DNA of 64,000 nt from Octopus sinensis (taxonomy: Eukaryota), in NCBI RefSeq assembly GCF_006345805.1, contig NC_043004.1, positions 41,540,001 through 41,604,000 on the forward strand, written 5' to 3'. Below, piece after piece: positions 26,929 to 39,808 of the stretch; the stretch's first letter is position 1, and each line of letters opens with the position of its first letter. Position numbers and translations under genes: made by a program. The notes below the pieces were generated by a model. It saw nothing but the letters and a program-made list of their open reading frames with translations, searched no databases and had not been told where the DNA came from.

Positions 26929-27570
26929 ATAATCCTTCCTACTATAGGCACAAGGTCTGAAATTTTGTGGGAGCGGACTAGTCGATTACATCGACCCCAG
27001 TGTTTGACTGGTACTTAATTTATCGACCCCGAAAAGATGAAAGGCTAAGTCGACCTCGGTGGAATTTGAACTCAGAACATAAGGAAGAACGAAATGCCGT
27101 TAAGCATTTCGCCAGGCATGCTAACGATTCTGCCATTCTGACTTCTCAAACAATAAATAATAATAGTTCGCAACTTTCTTTTCTTTCCTCTCCCCTATTT
27201 ATATTATAGGCCTGAAATTACCTAGACTCCGGTACTTGACTGGTACTTATTTTATCGATCCTAAAAGGCAAAGCCGACTTTGGTGGGATTTGAACTCAGA
27301 TTGTAAAACCGGAAGAAATATCACCAAACATTTTCCCGGCGTATTAACAGCTCACCAATGTTAGTTGTTCCTAATATTGGCACAAAGCCTGAAATCTGCG
27401 GGAAGGGGTTAGTTGAATACATCGACCCCAGTGCTCAACTGGTAGTTAATTTATTGGCTGCGACAGGATAAAATGTAGAGTCAACTTGACGGAATTTGAA
27501 CCCAGAACGTAAAGATCTAGAAGAAATACCGCTAAACATTTTGTCAGACATGCCAATGATTCTGTTCGAT
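26929..27570 (-). mobile_element. Three SINE family B copies or fragments (26929-27135, 27230-27355, 27373-27570)
   Basis: Repeated CTGGTACTTAATTTATCGACCCCGAAA and GGAATTTGAACTCAGA complements. Confidence 0.8.
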
Positions 27571-28985
27571 AATCATGATGATGATGATGATGATGATAAG
27601 AAGAATTTAAAAATATCATAACCGAACGCATTAAAATCAACAGGAAGAAGATGGCGGAAAAGTATAGGTAGATAGTTGTGAAACAGTTGAAAAGGAAGTC
27701 GATAAGAGAAACTCACCTACTGAGTAAATAACTATAATTTTCTCTCTCCTCCTCCTAACTAAAGTTCAGTAATGTCCGCTTGCGATCCTAACAGGCAGAT
27801 GCAAACAGTGATAAGCTATTAATTAGATATCTCAATTGTTTGCCGGTGCATGACTTAATTGAATAACTTTAGCACTCATGCGACAATGATGACAGTTCTA
27901 CGACTCGCTCCTGTGAATGCTGCTACAGTTGCTGTTGTTGTTGATGATGATGATGATGATCATGATGTCGGTGATGATAATGATGGTGATGTTGATGATG
28001 AAGAAGGAGGAGGGAAAGAAACAGTTTGTGATCGTGAATATATTCTTCAATGCCTTTTCGTGTTATTCGATATTTCGGTATGTATAAATATAAAACGCAC
28101 ACATAATGAATACGTAGTCACGCATCCACCAAATCATATAACATCACTCAAGCATACAAATTACATATACCACACACACACGCACACACGCACACATACG
28201 CACACACTCACAAACACACACAAACACACACGCGCGCGATCATACATACTCACATACAAAAGCGCATACAAGTATATGCATGTGTATTTGTTTACATGAG
28301 TGCGCTTGCAAATGTGTGTCGATGTGGGAGTGTATGCACATATATACGCCTTTGTGGGTAAGCGTGTGAATATATGTGTGCAAGTGTTTACTATGTATAT
28401 ATGTATGTTTATATATATATACATATATACATGCATACATACATATATATATGTATATACGTATATGTATGTATACATTTATACATATATATATACATAT
28501 ATAAACATGTATGTATATCTATATATATGTATAGATACAAAGATTTGCAGTATAGGTAATCGTACACGCGTGTGCTTGTATGTATGTATGTGTGCATGTT
28601 TGCGAGTGTGCGTGTGGGTGAGTGAGTGACTGAGTAAGAGAGAGAAAGAGAGAGAGAGAGAGAAGGAGAGAGGGAGAGAGAAGGAGAGAGAGAGAGAGAG
28701 ACCTTGTGTCTGTATTTCTGTGCTTATGTATACATATGTAGTTATATACTTAAACATACACAGAACATATTGTGAATATAACACACATACAGACATAGGT
28801 ACAGGCGTCTATATATCTATCTATCTATCTCTCTATCTATCTATCTATCTACATGCATGGATATACATACAGTTGTATGTAAATAAGTTTGTTATCTTGG
28901 ATTTTATGTATGTATATATGTGATATGTATATATATATATTATATATATATATAATATATAATATATATACGTTATATATATACG

Positions 28986-29039
<54 letters not shown>

Positions 29040-29334
29040 ATATATATATGTATATATATATGTATGTGTAGTAGGTATTGATGTAGATAACCGTGTGTGT
29101 TCGGGTGGGGACGTGTGTGAATGTAGATATGCGAAAGCATATAAATACGAATGCACTGAAAATATATTAAGGAACTTTTAAATGCAATATGCTTATATAG
29201 TTATCTATACACGTACATATAGATATATAACTATTAATACTATATAACTATTAATACTACAAACCGCATATATATATATGTATATATGTATATATGTATA
29301 TATATATATATATTATATATATATATATATATAC

Positions 29335-29366
<32 letters not shown>

Positions 29367-29708
29367 ACATGCATGTATATGTACACATATATATATATAT
29401 ATATATGTATGCATGCATGCATGTATGTATGTATGTATGTATGTATGTATGTATGTATGTATGTATATATCTATCTATCTATCTATCTATCTATCTGTCT
29501 GTCTATCTATTTATACGTATAAGATCGTGTGTGTTTTCCTTCTATTGTATATTTTCGTATTGACATTTAATTACCTCTTTCTGCATGACGTATTTTTATA
29601 CAATGATTGTCATTCGAGGTGTTATCTCCAGATAAATAGATTTGTAGTTTTCATATACAATTCATGATATAGATGCACACATGCATGCGTGTGTATATAT
29701 ATATATAT

Positions 29709-29760
<52 letters not shown>

Positions 29761-29770
29761 TTATTTATAT

Positions 29771-29814
<44 letters not shown>

Positions 29815-30739
29815 GCACACACTAATATACAGGGATATGCTTGCATATGTTAATGCGTATATATCACTTCATGTGTACACATACACACGCGTGCGCACGC
29901 GCACACACAGACACCTATATATACACAAAAATATGCTTATATGCATATGCACGCTCATAAACAAACAGGCATATATATATATATGTATGTATGTATACTT
30001 ACATATATTTCTATGTATGCAGGAATCAGTGTATAAATGTGTGTATAACATCATTGCATAGAACATACCCAACTCGTAGTTAAACGCACGCACACGCACT
30101 CACGTGCGTGTATGTTCGCGTGTGAGTGTGCTTGTGTTTGAGGATGTCTGTATTAGTGACAATGTATATATAATTATATTTAATACGTGTGTGTGTGAAA
30201 ATGTGTGTCTGTGTGTGCTTGTCTGAATGTCTGCAGGTGTACACTCTCAGAATATAAATTTTGAAACAAGAAATCATCTATCCGTAAATAATATATATAT
30301 ATATATACTTTTAAAAAGTTCTTTTTATAAAAATTCAGAATATTTATATAGACATCGGATTATTTTAACGGTTCCTTGTTGCTAAATTCGATGGAAGTTT
30401 TAAAAGAAGGCATAGAAGAATAGAAGAAAAGAAGGCATAGAAGATGAAGAGGTAGAACTAGAAAGGGAAGTAATGAAGACTAGAAAAAGAAGACGAATGT
30501 AAATGGTAAGAAAGGAAAGAAGGGTAATAATATAAGAAGGCGAAGGACTCGAAGAACAGGAACAAGAATAACAAGAATAATAAGAATGAAAAGGGAGGGG
30601 AGAGTTACTGAATGTGAATTAGGAGGAAGTTTCGAAGGTGAGGAAGATGGAGTTCTAGAGAGAGTCGCGAAGAAGAGAATTAACAAGAAGTAGAGCAAAG
30701 AAAAGACAAAGAAGACGATAACAACGACGATGGCGACGA

Positions 30740-30744
<5 letters not shown>

Positions 30745-30789
<45 letters not shown>

Positions 30790-30804
30790 TATAATAATAA
30801 TAAT

Positions 30805-30849
<45 letters not shown>

Positions 30850-30916
30850 TATAATAATAATAATAACAATAATAATAATAATTATAATAATAATAATAAC
30901 AATAATAATAATAATA
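30745..30916. repeat. (AAT)n microsatellite
   Basis: Direct reading. Confidence 0.95.
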
Positions 30917-31330
30917 TGATTGTTTTGTCTTGGTATAAAAGATGGGCTACACCAAATATTCTGCTCAATACCACAGATTTGCTTGTCAGTTGTTTAACCT
31001 TAACCAGTTGAGCATGTCCCTTAGTGGCTGACGATATGTGCATCTCTGATCACGAGCAGAAGTAGTGGGGGAGCATCATAGCCATGTGTTGAGAGGGATT
31101 CTTTGGGGGTTTGAATAGTTCACCTCTGGAAACATGGGTGGTTCTTTCAACATCCTTAAACAACCCTTATTCAGGGACCGTTTGAGCGGGATGGGCTACT
31201 CAACCTGAAGAAAATTCTACCTGGGCCCCACCTGCAAGGTCATGTGCCGTTTATCTTGATATGAGATCACCATGTCGCGCACATATGGTTGTGATGCATG
31301 TGCCTGGTGTACCCTTATCAGACGGGTAGT
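30917..31330 (+). mobile_element. (AAT)n-embedded element, copy 1 (3' end lost at duplication junction)
   Basis: Nearly identical to 31561-31970. Confidence 0.85.
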
Positions 31331-31377
31331 AGAGCAGAAAAAGACAAAGAAGACGATAACAACAACGATGGCGACGA

Positions 31378-31519
<142 letters not shown>

Positions 31520-31560
31520 TAATAATAATAATAATAATAATAACAATAATAATAATAATA

Positions 31561-32042
31561 TGATTGTTTTGTCTTGGTATAAAAGATGGGCTACACCAAA
31601 TATTCTGCTCAATACCACAGATTTGCTTGTCAGTTGTTTGACCATAACCAGTTGAGCATGTCCCTTAGTGGCTGACGATATGTGCATCTCTGATCACGAG
31701 CAGAAGTAGTGGGGGAGCATCATAGCCATGTGTTGAGAGGGATTCTTTGGGGGTTTGAATAGTTCACCTCTGGAACATGGTGGTTCTTTCAACATCCTTA
31801 AACAACCCTTATTCAGGGACCGTTTGAGCGGGATGGCTACTCAACCTGAAGAAAATTCTACCTGGGCCCCACCTGCAAGGTCATGTGCCGTTTATCTTGA
31901 TATGAGATCACCATGTCGCGCACATATGGTTGTGATGCATGTGCCTGGTGTACCTTATCAGACGGGTAGTCATGATGGGTATATTGGGCTTCGTATATTT
32001 TACCCCAGTGTCACTTTGATGGCATGAACTGCTCTCTCACTC
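31561..32042 (+). mobile_element. (AAT)n-embedded element, copy 2
   Basis: (AAT)n on both sides; ends CTCTCTCACTC(AAT)n. Confidence 0.88.
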
Positions 32043-32114
<72 letters not shown>

Positions 32115-32115
<1 letters not shown>

Positions 32116-32658
32116 TGCAGTACCAGGCAATGGCTCTCATGGCTTTCGATCTTAACTGATTGGAAGAGTTATCATGTACATTGTTTTGTCTTGATATAAA
32201 AGATGGACTACAGCAAATATTCTGCTCGATACCACAGATTTGCTTGTCAGTTGTTTGACCTTAACCAGTTGACCATGTCCCTTGGTGGCTGACAATATGT
32301 GCATCTCTGATCCTGAGCAGAAGTAGTGGGGGAGCAGAAGTAGTGTTGAGAGGGATTCTTTGGGGTTTGAATATTTCACCTCTGGAAACATGGGTGTTTC
32401 GTTCAACATCCTTAAACAACCCTTATTCAGTGACCTTTTGAGCGGGATGGGTTACTCGACCAGATGAAAATTCTAACTGGGCCCCACCTGCAAGGTCATG
32501 TGCTGTTTATATTGATATGAAATCACCATGTCACGCACATATGGTTGTGACACATGTGCCTAGTGTACCCTTATCAGACGGGTAGTCATGATGGGTATAC
32601 TGAACTTCGTATATTTTACCCCAGTGTCACTTTGATGGCATGCACTGCTCTCTCACTC
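32115..32658 (+). mobile_element. (AAT)n-embedded element, copy 3 (longest)
   Basis: About 50 bp longer at the left end; same right end; (AAT)n on both sides. Confidence 0.88.
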
Positions 32659-32692
<34 letters not shown>

Positions 32693-32754
32693 GTAATAAT
32701 GATCAGAAAAAAAAACAGAAGAACCTCATAACGGGGCTCAGCAACAACATCAGT

Positions 32755-33131
32755 GGAGACGCAATGGCCCAATGGTTAGGGCAGCGGACTCGCGGTTGGA
32801 GGATCGCGGTTTCGATTCCCAGAGCGGGCGTCGTGTGTGTTTATTGAGCGAAAACACTTAAAGCTCCACGAGGCCCCGGCAGGGGTGGTGGCGACCCCTG
32901 TTGTACTCTTTCGCTCCAACTTTCTCTCACTCTTTCTTCCTGTTTCTTGTCCCCGACTTCCTACGCAACCGCTGAGCCTGGATGCGCATTCATCCATCCG
33001 ACGATGCTCTCGGTGTCGTGGGTTGACCTGCTTTCTCTTCTGCGGGTCTTACGAATAGCAAAGGACCACGTTTCGGACTTCTCCCACTGGGAGGAAGACC
33101 GCTTCGCTCACCAAACAAGCAAACAAGCAAC
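32755..33131 (+). mobile_element. SINE family C, tail type 2, (AAGC/AAAC)n end
   Basis: TGGCCCAATGG A box, GGTTTCGATTCCC B box, shared body, unique tail. Confidence 0.85.
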
Positions 33132-33426
33132 ATCAAGAAAAGCAACTATAGTATTTTGTGAGCTGTATTAAAAAGAACAGGAATATTCATAAATGTCTGT
33201 TCTGTGGTAGAATATTGAACATATTCTGAAGTAAAATTCAATAAAACCAGCCGAAACAATTATTGTTGATATATAAACACACATCTGCTATTTTGTTTGA
33301 GGGTTGGTTGCAGTTGTCTTTTCCTTATTTAAGTTAGAAGTAATATCTATTTAACATTGGCAGTTGAACGGCCAGTGATTAGAGTCTCAGGTGCTTAATT
33401 GGTTTTCTTTTATTTTTAACCTCATA

Positions 33427-33615
33427 TACTTGTTTCAGTCATTGGATTGCGGCCGCGCTGGGGCATCATCTGCAAGGGTTCAGTCGAAATGGACTCTTGT
33501 ACTTATTCTTTTACGCCTGGTACTTATGCAATCGTTCTTTTTGCTGAGCGGCTAAGTAACGGAGATGTAAAAAACCCACAATGGTTGTCAGTCTGTGGTG
33601 AAGACAAAAACACGG
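33427..33615 (-). mobile_element. Old SINE family A 3' half
   Basis: ACTTGTTTCAGTCATT...CGGCTAAGTAACGG. Confidence 0.65.
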
Positions 33616-33748
33616 TTACATGCATACATACATATATACATACATACATACATACATACTATGTATACTTTCTCCATTTCTATCTCTCTCTCCGTATATA
33701 TATATATATATATATATATACATACATATATATAATATATATATATAC

Positions 33749-33805
<57 letters not shown>

Positions 33806-34843
33806 CATATTATACACACAAAAACACACACACACACACATACACACATATATATGTACGTCGGGTTTCCTTTACTTTCCGTCTATCAAATCTGTCGGTT
33901 CGCAGCAATAGTGGATGACAGCTCGCCATGATGTCGCGCATGGTTTGGAATCAAAATTTTTGACCACGCAGCATGCCCTGCGACTAGTGTATGTGAGCCC
34001 ACAGCGGAACTCGAACCCTCAGATTACCTGTAAAGGTAACACATAAAAGTCTGATATGCCATCGACTGATCTTCATCTTTTGATAATGTTACTATTGATC
34101 ACTATGGTCTAGTGGCCACTATTAACCACTTGTCTAGCAGCCACTGTTGGCCATTTTGGTCAAGGGCCTTAACTCTGTTCCACAGATCCTAGTCTTTGTT
34201 ATTTATTTTATCGATAGTTTTGTATCAAGTGTCAGAACTTATCTTTGGCGTAAAGACACGTACCTCAACACCTAAATACGCACTTACCTACAAACACACA
34301 CACACACACACACTATATATATATATATATATAAACGACAAAACGTCCGTCGATTTCTACAATCTGCATTCACTTGTTCGATGAAGTAATACAATTTAGT
34401 CGTTTAATTCCTTCTTACCACAGGTACAAAGACAGGAAAGGGCTAGTCGATTATATCGACTCCGAAAGAATGAAAGACAAAGTCGATTATAGCGGGATAT
34501 AAACTCCGAACATAAAAACGGACAAAATGCTGCTACTCATTTTTGGCCTTCCAACTCGCCGCCTTTTTTTAGTCGTTAAATTAACAAGTGAATGGTACAC
34601 GAGTACACTTAATAAAACTCGAGGCCAATTCAGCTTGACAAGACATGTGACAAAGTTTTGAGTTACAAGCACATATATAGTACGTCGTGGGTTCGATTCC
34701 TAGACCAGGCGGAACGTTATGCCCTTCAGGAAGACACTTCATTCCGCGTTGTAGAAGCTATTCAACTGAATATGAGTACGCGGTTTACTCAGCAGTAAAT
34801 ATAAACTGTCGATTTAATTTCAAAATTAGCCAAAAAATCATTA

Positions 34844-35318
34844 ATTAATAAATTTTAGGGTAGCAAAAAATTCTAGAAAAATTCTCCGCTACCAGCGGTC
34901 AAGTGAGAAAGAAAACCGCGCGAGCGTGGTGGATTTTGATAATTTATAGCATATAGACTCGAGGCATGTTTATCATCACCTCGTGGATATATGTTAGTCC
35001 TTGGCTTTTCTGATGACGAGGCAACGCCAGTGGTAAATAAATAAATTAAATTAATTTATTTACAAGAGATTGCCGAAACAATGCATAGTCCAGAAAGGAG
35101 AGGGTAAACGTTTTTATTTCTCTTTCCATTTCAGAATTACAGCTATTAGTGGTTTGGAGTTTGGCTGCTCTTTCTAGTGAGTCGGATGTCCTATTATGGC
35201 CGTTCCTTATATGTTTGAATGTATATTATATAGTCTATTGACTATTTTTTCTTTCTCACTTGACCGCTGGTGGAGGAGAATTTTTCTAGAATTTTTTGCT
35301 ACCCTAAAATTTATTAAT
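34844..35318 (+). mobile_element. Hammerhead-bearing element with 72-bp inverted copy of its own 3' end (PLE pLTR-like)
   Basis: 34844-34915 is the reverse complement of 35247-35318 (2 mismatches); internal hammerhead fold; right end abuts (TA)n. Confidence 0.65.
35005..35098 (+). ncRNA. Type I hammerhead fold with C3A core change (AUGACGA)
   Basis: Stem I CTTTTCTG/CAGAAAGG (8 bp); stem II GGCAA/TTGCC with an apical AT hairpin; GAAA; stem III AC...GT around palindrome ATGCAT; GUC triplet ending 35090. Confidence 0.6.
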
Positions 35319-35339
35319 ATATATATGTATATATATATA

Positions 35340-35670
35340 CGTCTCCTGCCCAATTCAGGATCACAGCATGTATGTACACTGCAACATAATTTCTTTTCCT
35401 CAACAGGCCCTGCCCTATTTAACATTGTCCCGAAAGAGATCAAAGAGAAAAAGGATCCCATCAACTTTAAACGGAATCTGGATAGATTCCTTCAAGGAAT
35501 ACCAGATAAGCCACCCATAATTGGATACAACTCACCCAACAAAAACTCACTACTTGAATGGACCAGAAACAAACCTTGACTTAAACAGGATTTAGATAAT
35601 CATATCAGGTGGTGCTATAAAGTTAGACATGGCCTGGACCAATCTTTGGTCGAAACATATCTAAGTTTTA
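35340..35670 (+). mobile_element. CR1/L2-like LINE 3' end (ORF2 C-terminus and tail)
   Basis: HNFFSSTGPALFNIVPKEIKEKKDPINFKRNLDRFLQGIPDKP...NKNSLLEW*; tail ends in TATCTAAGTT repeats. Confidence 0.7.
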
Positions 35671-35713
35671 TCTAAGCTTTATATATATATATGTATATCT
35701 CTCTCTCTCTCTC

Positions 35714-35749
<36 letters not shown>

Positions 35750-35753
<4 letters not shown>

Positions 35754-35949
35754 ATCCAAACAAGAAAGCACAAAAAAACACAACAACGCGAGGACGTGGA
35801 ACAAATATAATATTATTGGACGCTCAGGAAAGAAGGAAAGAAGGAGGGTTTAACGTTTCGAGCGGAGCTCTTCGTCGGAAACATAGGAGAAGGAAAGATC
35901 CAGAGAAGGGAAGACAGAGGAAAACAATCGCCAACGGTACACACGAGGT

Positions 35950-35952
<3 letters not shown>
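35750..35952 (-). mobile_element. PLE pLTR-like element flanked by (TA)n on both sides
   Basis: Contains a minimal hammerhead motif; related to 3700-3962. Confidence 0.6.
35848..35882 (-). ncRNA. Minimal type I hammerhead-like motif, core CCGACGA
   Basis: Minus strand GTTT-CCGACGA-A-GAGC-TCC-GCTC-GAAA-CG-T-T-AAAC; U4 is C. Confidence 0.5.
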
Positions 35953-36020
<68 letters not shown>

Positions 36021-37099
36021 CTATCTATCTATCTATCTATCTATCTACATGACAGTTTTCTGCACAATATGCATCGATCTAATTTAATTTACAAGGTACT
36101 GGTCAATCTGAAAGCACTTGGCAAAGGAGACACAGTATTTTCTAACCCAAAACCATGGCGCTGAAAGTGAACTGCTTAACCACACATCCACATCTATCAT
36201 CATCAGAAATAGATTTATTATGTTCGTTCAAAACTTAGAGATTAATAAAAATATACAGGACATTGGGAATCCAAAAAATGATATCAGCTTTGACATATAT
36301 GTCACTACCATGTATTTTCGATATGGTTGATATGAAATACATAATTTACGCTTTAGCGAATACTATGTTATCTGGGTCAGAAAAAATCCCTGGTGGCATC
36401 TTTAGAATTCTAATCCTAACATTTGCTCCATATTTAGGATATTTCCTTTTATCTATCTATATGTGTGTATATAGGCTATCTGTATTTGCGTATATAGTCT
36501 CTTTCTAGAAAGAGCCTATATACTCAAATAAATGATATTAAAAATAGTCCCTTGCATCTTCCAACCTATGAACTTTTAATTCAATATAAATATTTTATGC
36601 TTTTAGAAACGGTAAGAAAATGTTACACAAGACACGTAAGCTAATACAGAGACATATTACACGAGGAAACTGAAAGTCATGATTATCTGATTGAGCACTC
36701 AGTAGATGTTCCTCTGGGGTTGTGAAACTTTATAAGTTGGATTTGGGATTTTGGTAGATAAGTTGGATTTTGGTAGAAAAGTTGTAAACGGGGTTGAGGC
36801 GCATGAAAGTAGATCAATCAGTACTGACATGTATATATTCTTTCAAATCCAAACGAGAGGTGCCACACCAACTCAAGTAGACATCAGTCGCATTTCAGGC
36901 ACAACACACCCAAGAAAACCCATAAATTTTGGATTTGGCACTTAAAGTATATCACAGCGTCAGAAATAAGAAACTAATAGACTTCCTTCATTCACAGAGC
37001 TATTGCGCAGTATACGGCCGATCAGTTCTCTTGGAAAAAGCTATAGATAAAGATGTGTAAACAAGAATTTTCGATGAACTAAGCGAAACATCATTTTAA

Positions 37100-37210
37100 A
37101 GAGAAAATCTGTGTTGTTTGCGATTGAGAATATAGACTTAAACTAGGACACACCTGATGGGAAAGTTTCCTCACACGAAATAACCACTGCGGTGTATTAG
37201 AAGGTCACAG
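37100..37210 (+). mobile_element. Decayed ORF fragment, probably from a DNA transposon
   Basis: VLFAIENIDLN*DTPDGKVSSHEITTAVY*K resembles the F.A.DN.D...DT.DGK.T.H motif of a repetitive marine-invertebrate ORF family; family name not certain. Confidence 0.35.
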
Positions 37211-37354
37211 TATCCAGTGATTAAGAATCTATTGTTGTCTCATATTATGTACCCATCAACTTATTTTTCCCCCGAGACACCCGTGGGCAGCGTAAATATC
37301 TATTTTCAGACATAGCTTTTAGCCACGAAAAATATCAGCCTTGGCTATTTTGAT

Positions 37355-38262
37355 GGCATCTAACAAAAAAAAAAAAATTAAAAAAACGTTAAAGAAAAGT
37401 GGAAGAAGGAAGCAGAGAGTTTCACTGGAAAGACAAAGTGAGAGAGGGAGAAACAGAGAGTAAATGAAAACGGTGTTGCCAGCGTCTAACAAAAAAAATA
37501 AGATAAAGAAAAGTGGAAGAAGGAGGCAGAGATAATATGGACGCCGCTCGAGCTCGAAAATTAAACCGTTATGAAAACCTCCTCGAGGAATGTGAAGACG
37601 CAGGCTGGAAAGCGGAACATTTTCCTATCGAAGTCGGATGTAGAGGGTTTGTAGGACACAGCGTGAGACGACTGTTGTTATCGTTAGGCCTAACTCATCG
37701 TAAAGTCAATACCACCATGACTGATATCCAATCTGGATTTGGTTAAAAAGAGACGATGAGCGATGGCTAGAAGTATATTGAGTTCTTCATAACCAGCTGA
37801 TCTAGCAAGCGGGGCCTCATATCAGTGAGGGGGGCCGGTGCGCATTGATGCCGTCGAGAGGTAGGCCCCGAAACGGCGCGCATTCTCTCCTGATGACCCC
37901 ATACACTTGCTAGCTTCCGATATACGGAGCTTTTAACTGGTAGCACTTGCATGTGCAAGTTGTTTGCAAGACATCTTTCACGGGAAAGACAAAGTGAGAG
38001 AGGGAGAGACAGAGATTAAATGACAACGTTCTTGCCAGCGTCTAACAAAAAAAATTAAGATAAAGAATAGTGGAAGAAGGAGGCAGAGAGTTTCACGGGA
38101 AAGACAAAGTGAGAGAGGGAGAGACAGAGAGTAAATGACAACGTTCTTGCCAGCGTCTAACAAAAAAAGAAGATAAAGAAAAGTGGAAAAAGGTGGCAGA
38201 GAATTTCACGGGAAAGACAAAGTGAGAGAGAGAGAGAGAGAGACAGATAGAGAGTAAGTTAT
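37355..38262 (+). repeat. ~113-115 bp minisatellite (about 4 units) interrupted by a retroelement
   Basis: Unit starts TTTCAC(G/T)GGAAAGACAAAGTGAGAG at 37420, 37976, 38091 and 38204. Confidence 0.9.
37533..37975 (+). mobile_element. 5'-truncated RLE-type non-LTR element, HERO-like (endonuclease C-terminus and 3' UTR)
   Basis: DNMDAARARKLNRYENLLEECEDAGWKAEHFPIEVGCRGF...WIWLKRDDERW matches the E..ERK..KY..L...C...GW....P.EVGCRGF RLE pattern. Confidence 0.75.
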
Positions 38263-38516
38263 GACGTTCATAAAAAATAAAATGTAAAATGTTTGCTTTT
38301 TTTTGTTTTTGAAAGACACTATATTTTATAATCATAGTATAATATACTTTAGTGAAAATCGCGCGAGTGTTATTCTACAAATTTAACATTTTTTTCCATT
38401 CATTTCTGTTTATGAACATGTATGCGTGCACAAAACATGCAATAGATGTACGTGCGTACGTGTGTGTATGTGTGTTCGTGTCTGTTGCCCATATATATTT
38501 ATATTATATTATATAT

Positions 38517-38899
38517 GGAGGCGCAATGGCCCAGTGGTTAGGGCAGCGGACTCGCGGTCATAGGATCGCGGTTTCGATTCCCAGACCGGGCGTTGTGAGT
38601 GTCTATTGAGCGAAAACACCTAAAGCTCCACGAGGCTTCGGCAGGAGATGGTGGTGATCCCTGCTGTACTCTTTCACCACAACTTTCTCTCACTCTTACT
38701 TCCTGTTTCTGTTGTACCTGTATTTCAAAGGGCCGGCCTTGTCACTCTCTGTGTCACGCTGAACATCCCCGAGAACTACGTTAAGGGTACACGTGTCTGT
38801 GGAGTACTCAGCCACTTACACGTTAATTTCACGAGCAGGCTGTTCCGTTGATTCGGATCAACCGGAACCCTCGTCGTCGTAACCGACGGAGTGCTTCCA
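38517..38899 (+). mobile_element. SINE family C, tail type 1
   Basis: TGGCCCAGTGG A box, GGTTTCGATTCCC B box, shared body, tail ending GGAGTGCTTCCA. Confidence 0.88.
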
Positions 38900-38945
38900 T
38901 ATTATATATATATATAATATATATAATATATGTATATATAATATA

Positions 38946-39068
38946 ACTAGTTTCAACGGATTTCGCCCAAATTTGACGTCTATATTACTTAGTTTGGTTT
39001 GAAATAAAGAACTTGATTAGCTTAATAATAGTAACTTAATCCCGGGCAAGGCCGGATTATACTGCTAG
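38946..39068 (+). mobile_element. Helitron-like 3' end
   Basis: Subterminal hairpin ATCCCGG...CCGGAT (39039-39057), then TACTGCTAG followed by T. Confidence 0.5.
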
Positions 39069-39368
39069 TTGTAAATACACATTCTAAAATTAGCTTATAA
39101 AGCGGAAAATTATGACAGACATTCAGTCTCTTATGTCTAATCTTCTGTAGTTGGTACGTATGAAATGTGTGATATGTCTCTTCTCTTGAGGATATTCATT
39201 TTAATATCTGTTGTGTACCAACGAAGAGAGATAGCTGTTAAATCTCCAAGGTACACACTATAAATGTGGTACTAGATACACTCTCTGAATAAAAGACCCG
39301 GAAGTTATATATATTGAATGATTTTATTATAGGTTGTTTTTTTTCTACTGGGACCGATCTGAAGGTAA

Positions 39369-39424
<56 letters not shown>

Positions 39425-39434
39425 CACCACCACC

Positions 39435-39790
39435 AAATTTTGGGTAAAGGAGCCAGTCGATTACATCGAGCTCAGTGGTCGACTGGTACTTGTTTCATCG
39501 AGCCAGAAAGAATGAAAGGCTAAGTCGACTTCATTGGAATTTGAACCTCAGAATTTCAGTAAAACCGAAAGAAATGCCGCTCATCATATTGTCCTGTACC
39601 AACGATTTTACCAGCTCGACACCCTACGTCGACTTTCTAATCTTTTCTACTATAGGTCTGAAATTTTGCGGGAGAGCGGTAATCGAGTACATCGGCACCA
39701 GTACTTGATTTACACTTATTTTATCAACCCTGAAAGGATAAAAGGTAAAGGTGACAGCAGCGGGTTTTGAACTCAGAACGTAAAGCGCTG
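39435..39790 (-). mobile_element. Two diverged SINE family B copies
   Basis: GTCGATTACATCGA, CTGGTACTT and GAATTTGAACCTCAGA motifs. Confidence 0.7.
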
Positions 39791-39808
39791 AAATTCATAC
39801 TCGAAGCC

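Noticed and set aside
33220-33275. CTGAAGT...GAAACAATTATTGTT hammerhead-like arrangement
   Set aside because: A9 is altered and stem II cannot pair.
37860-37900. GAAA...CTGATGA in the HERO-like 3' UTR as a type II hammerhead
   Set aside because: Bases flanking the core (CCCC on both sides) cannot form stem II.
37355-38262. CRISPR-like array
   Set aside because: These are homogeneous ~115-bp tandem units without unique spacers, in a eukaryotic context.
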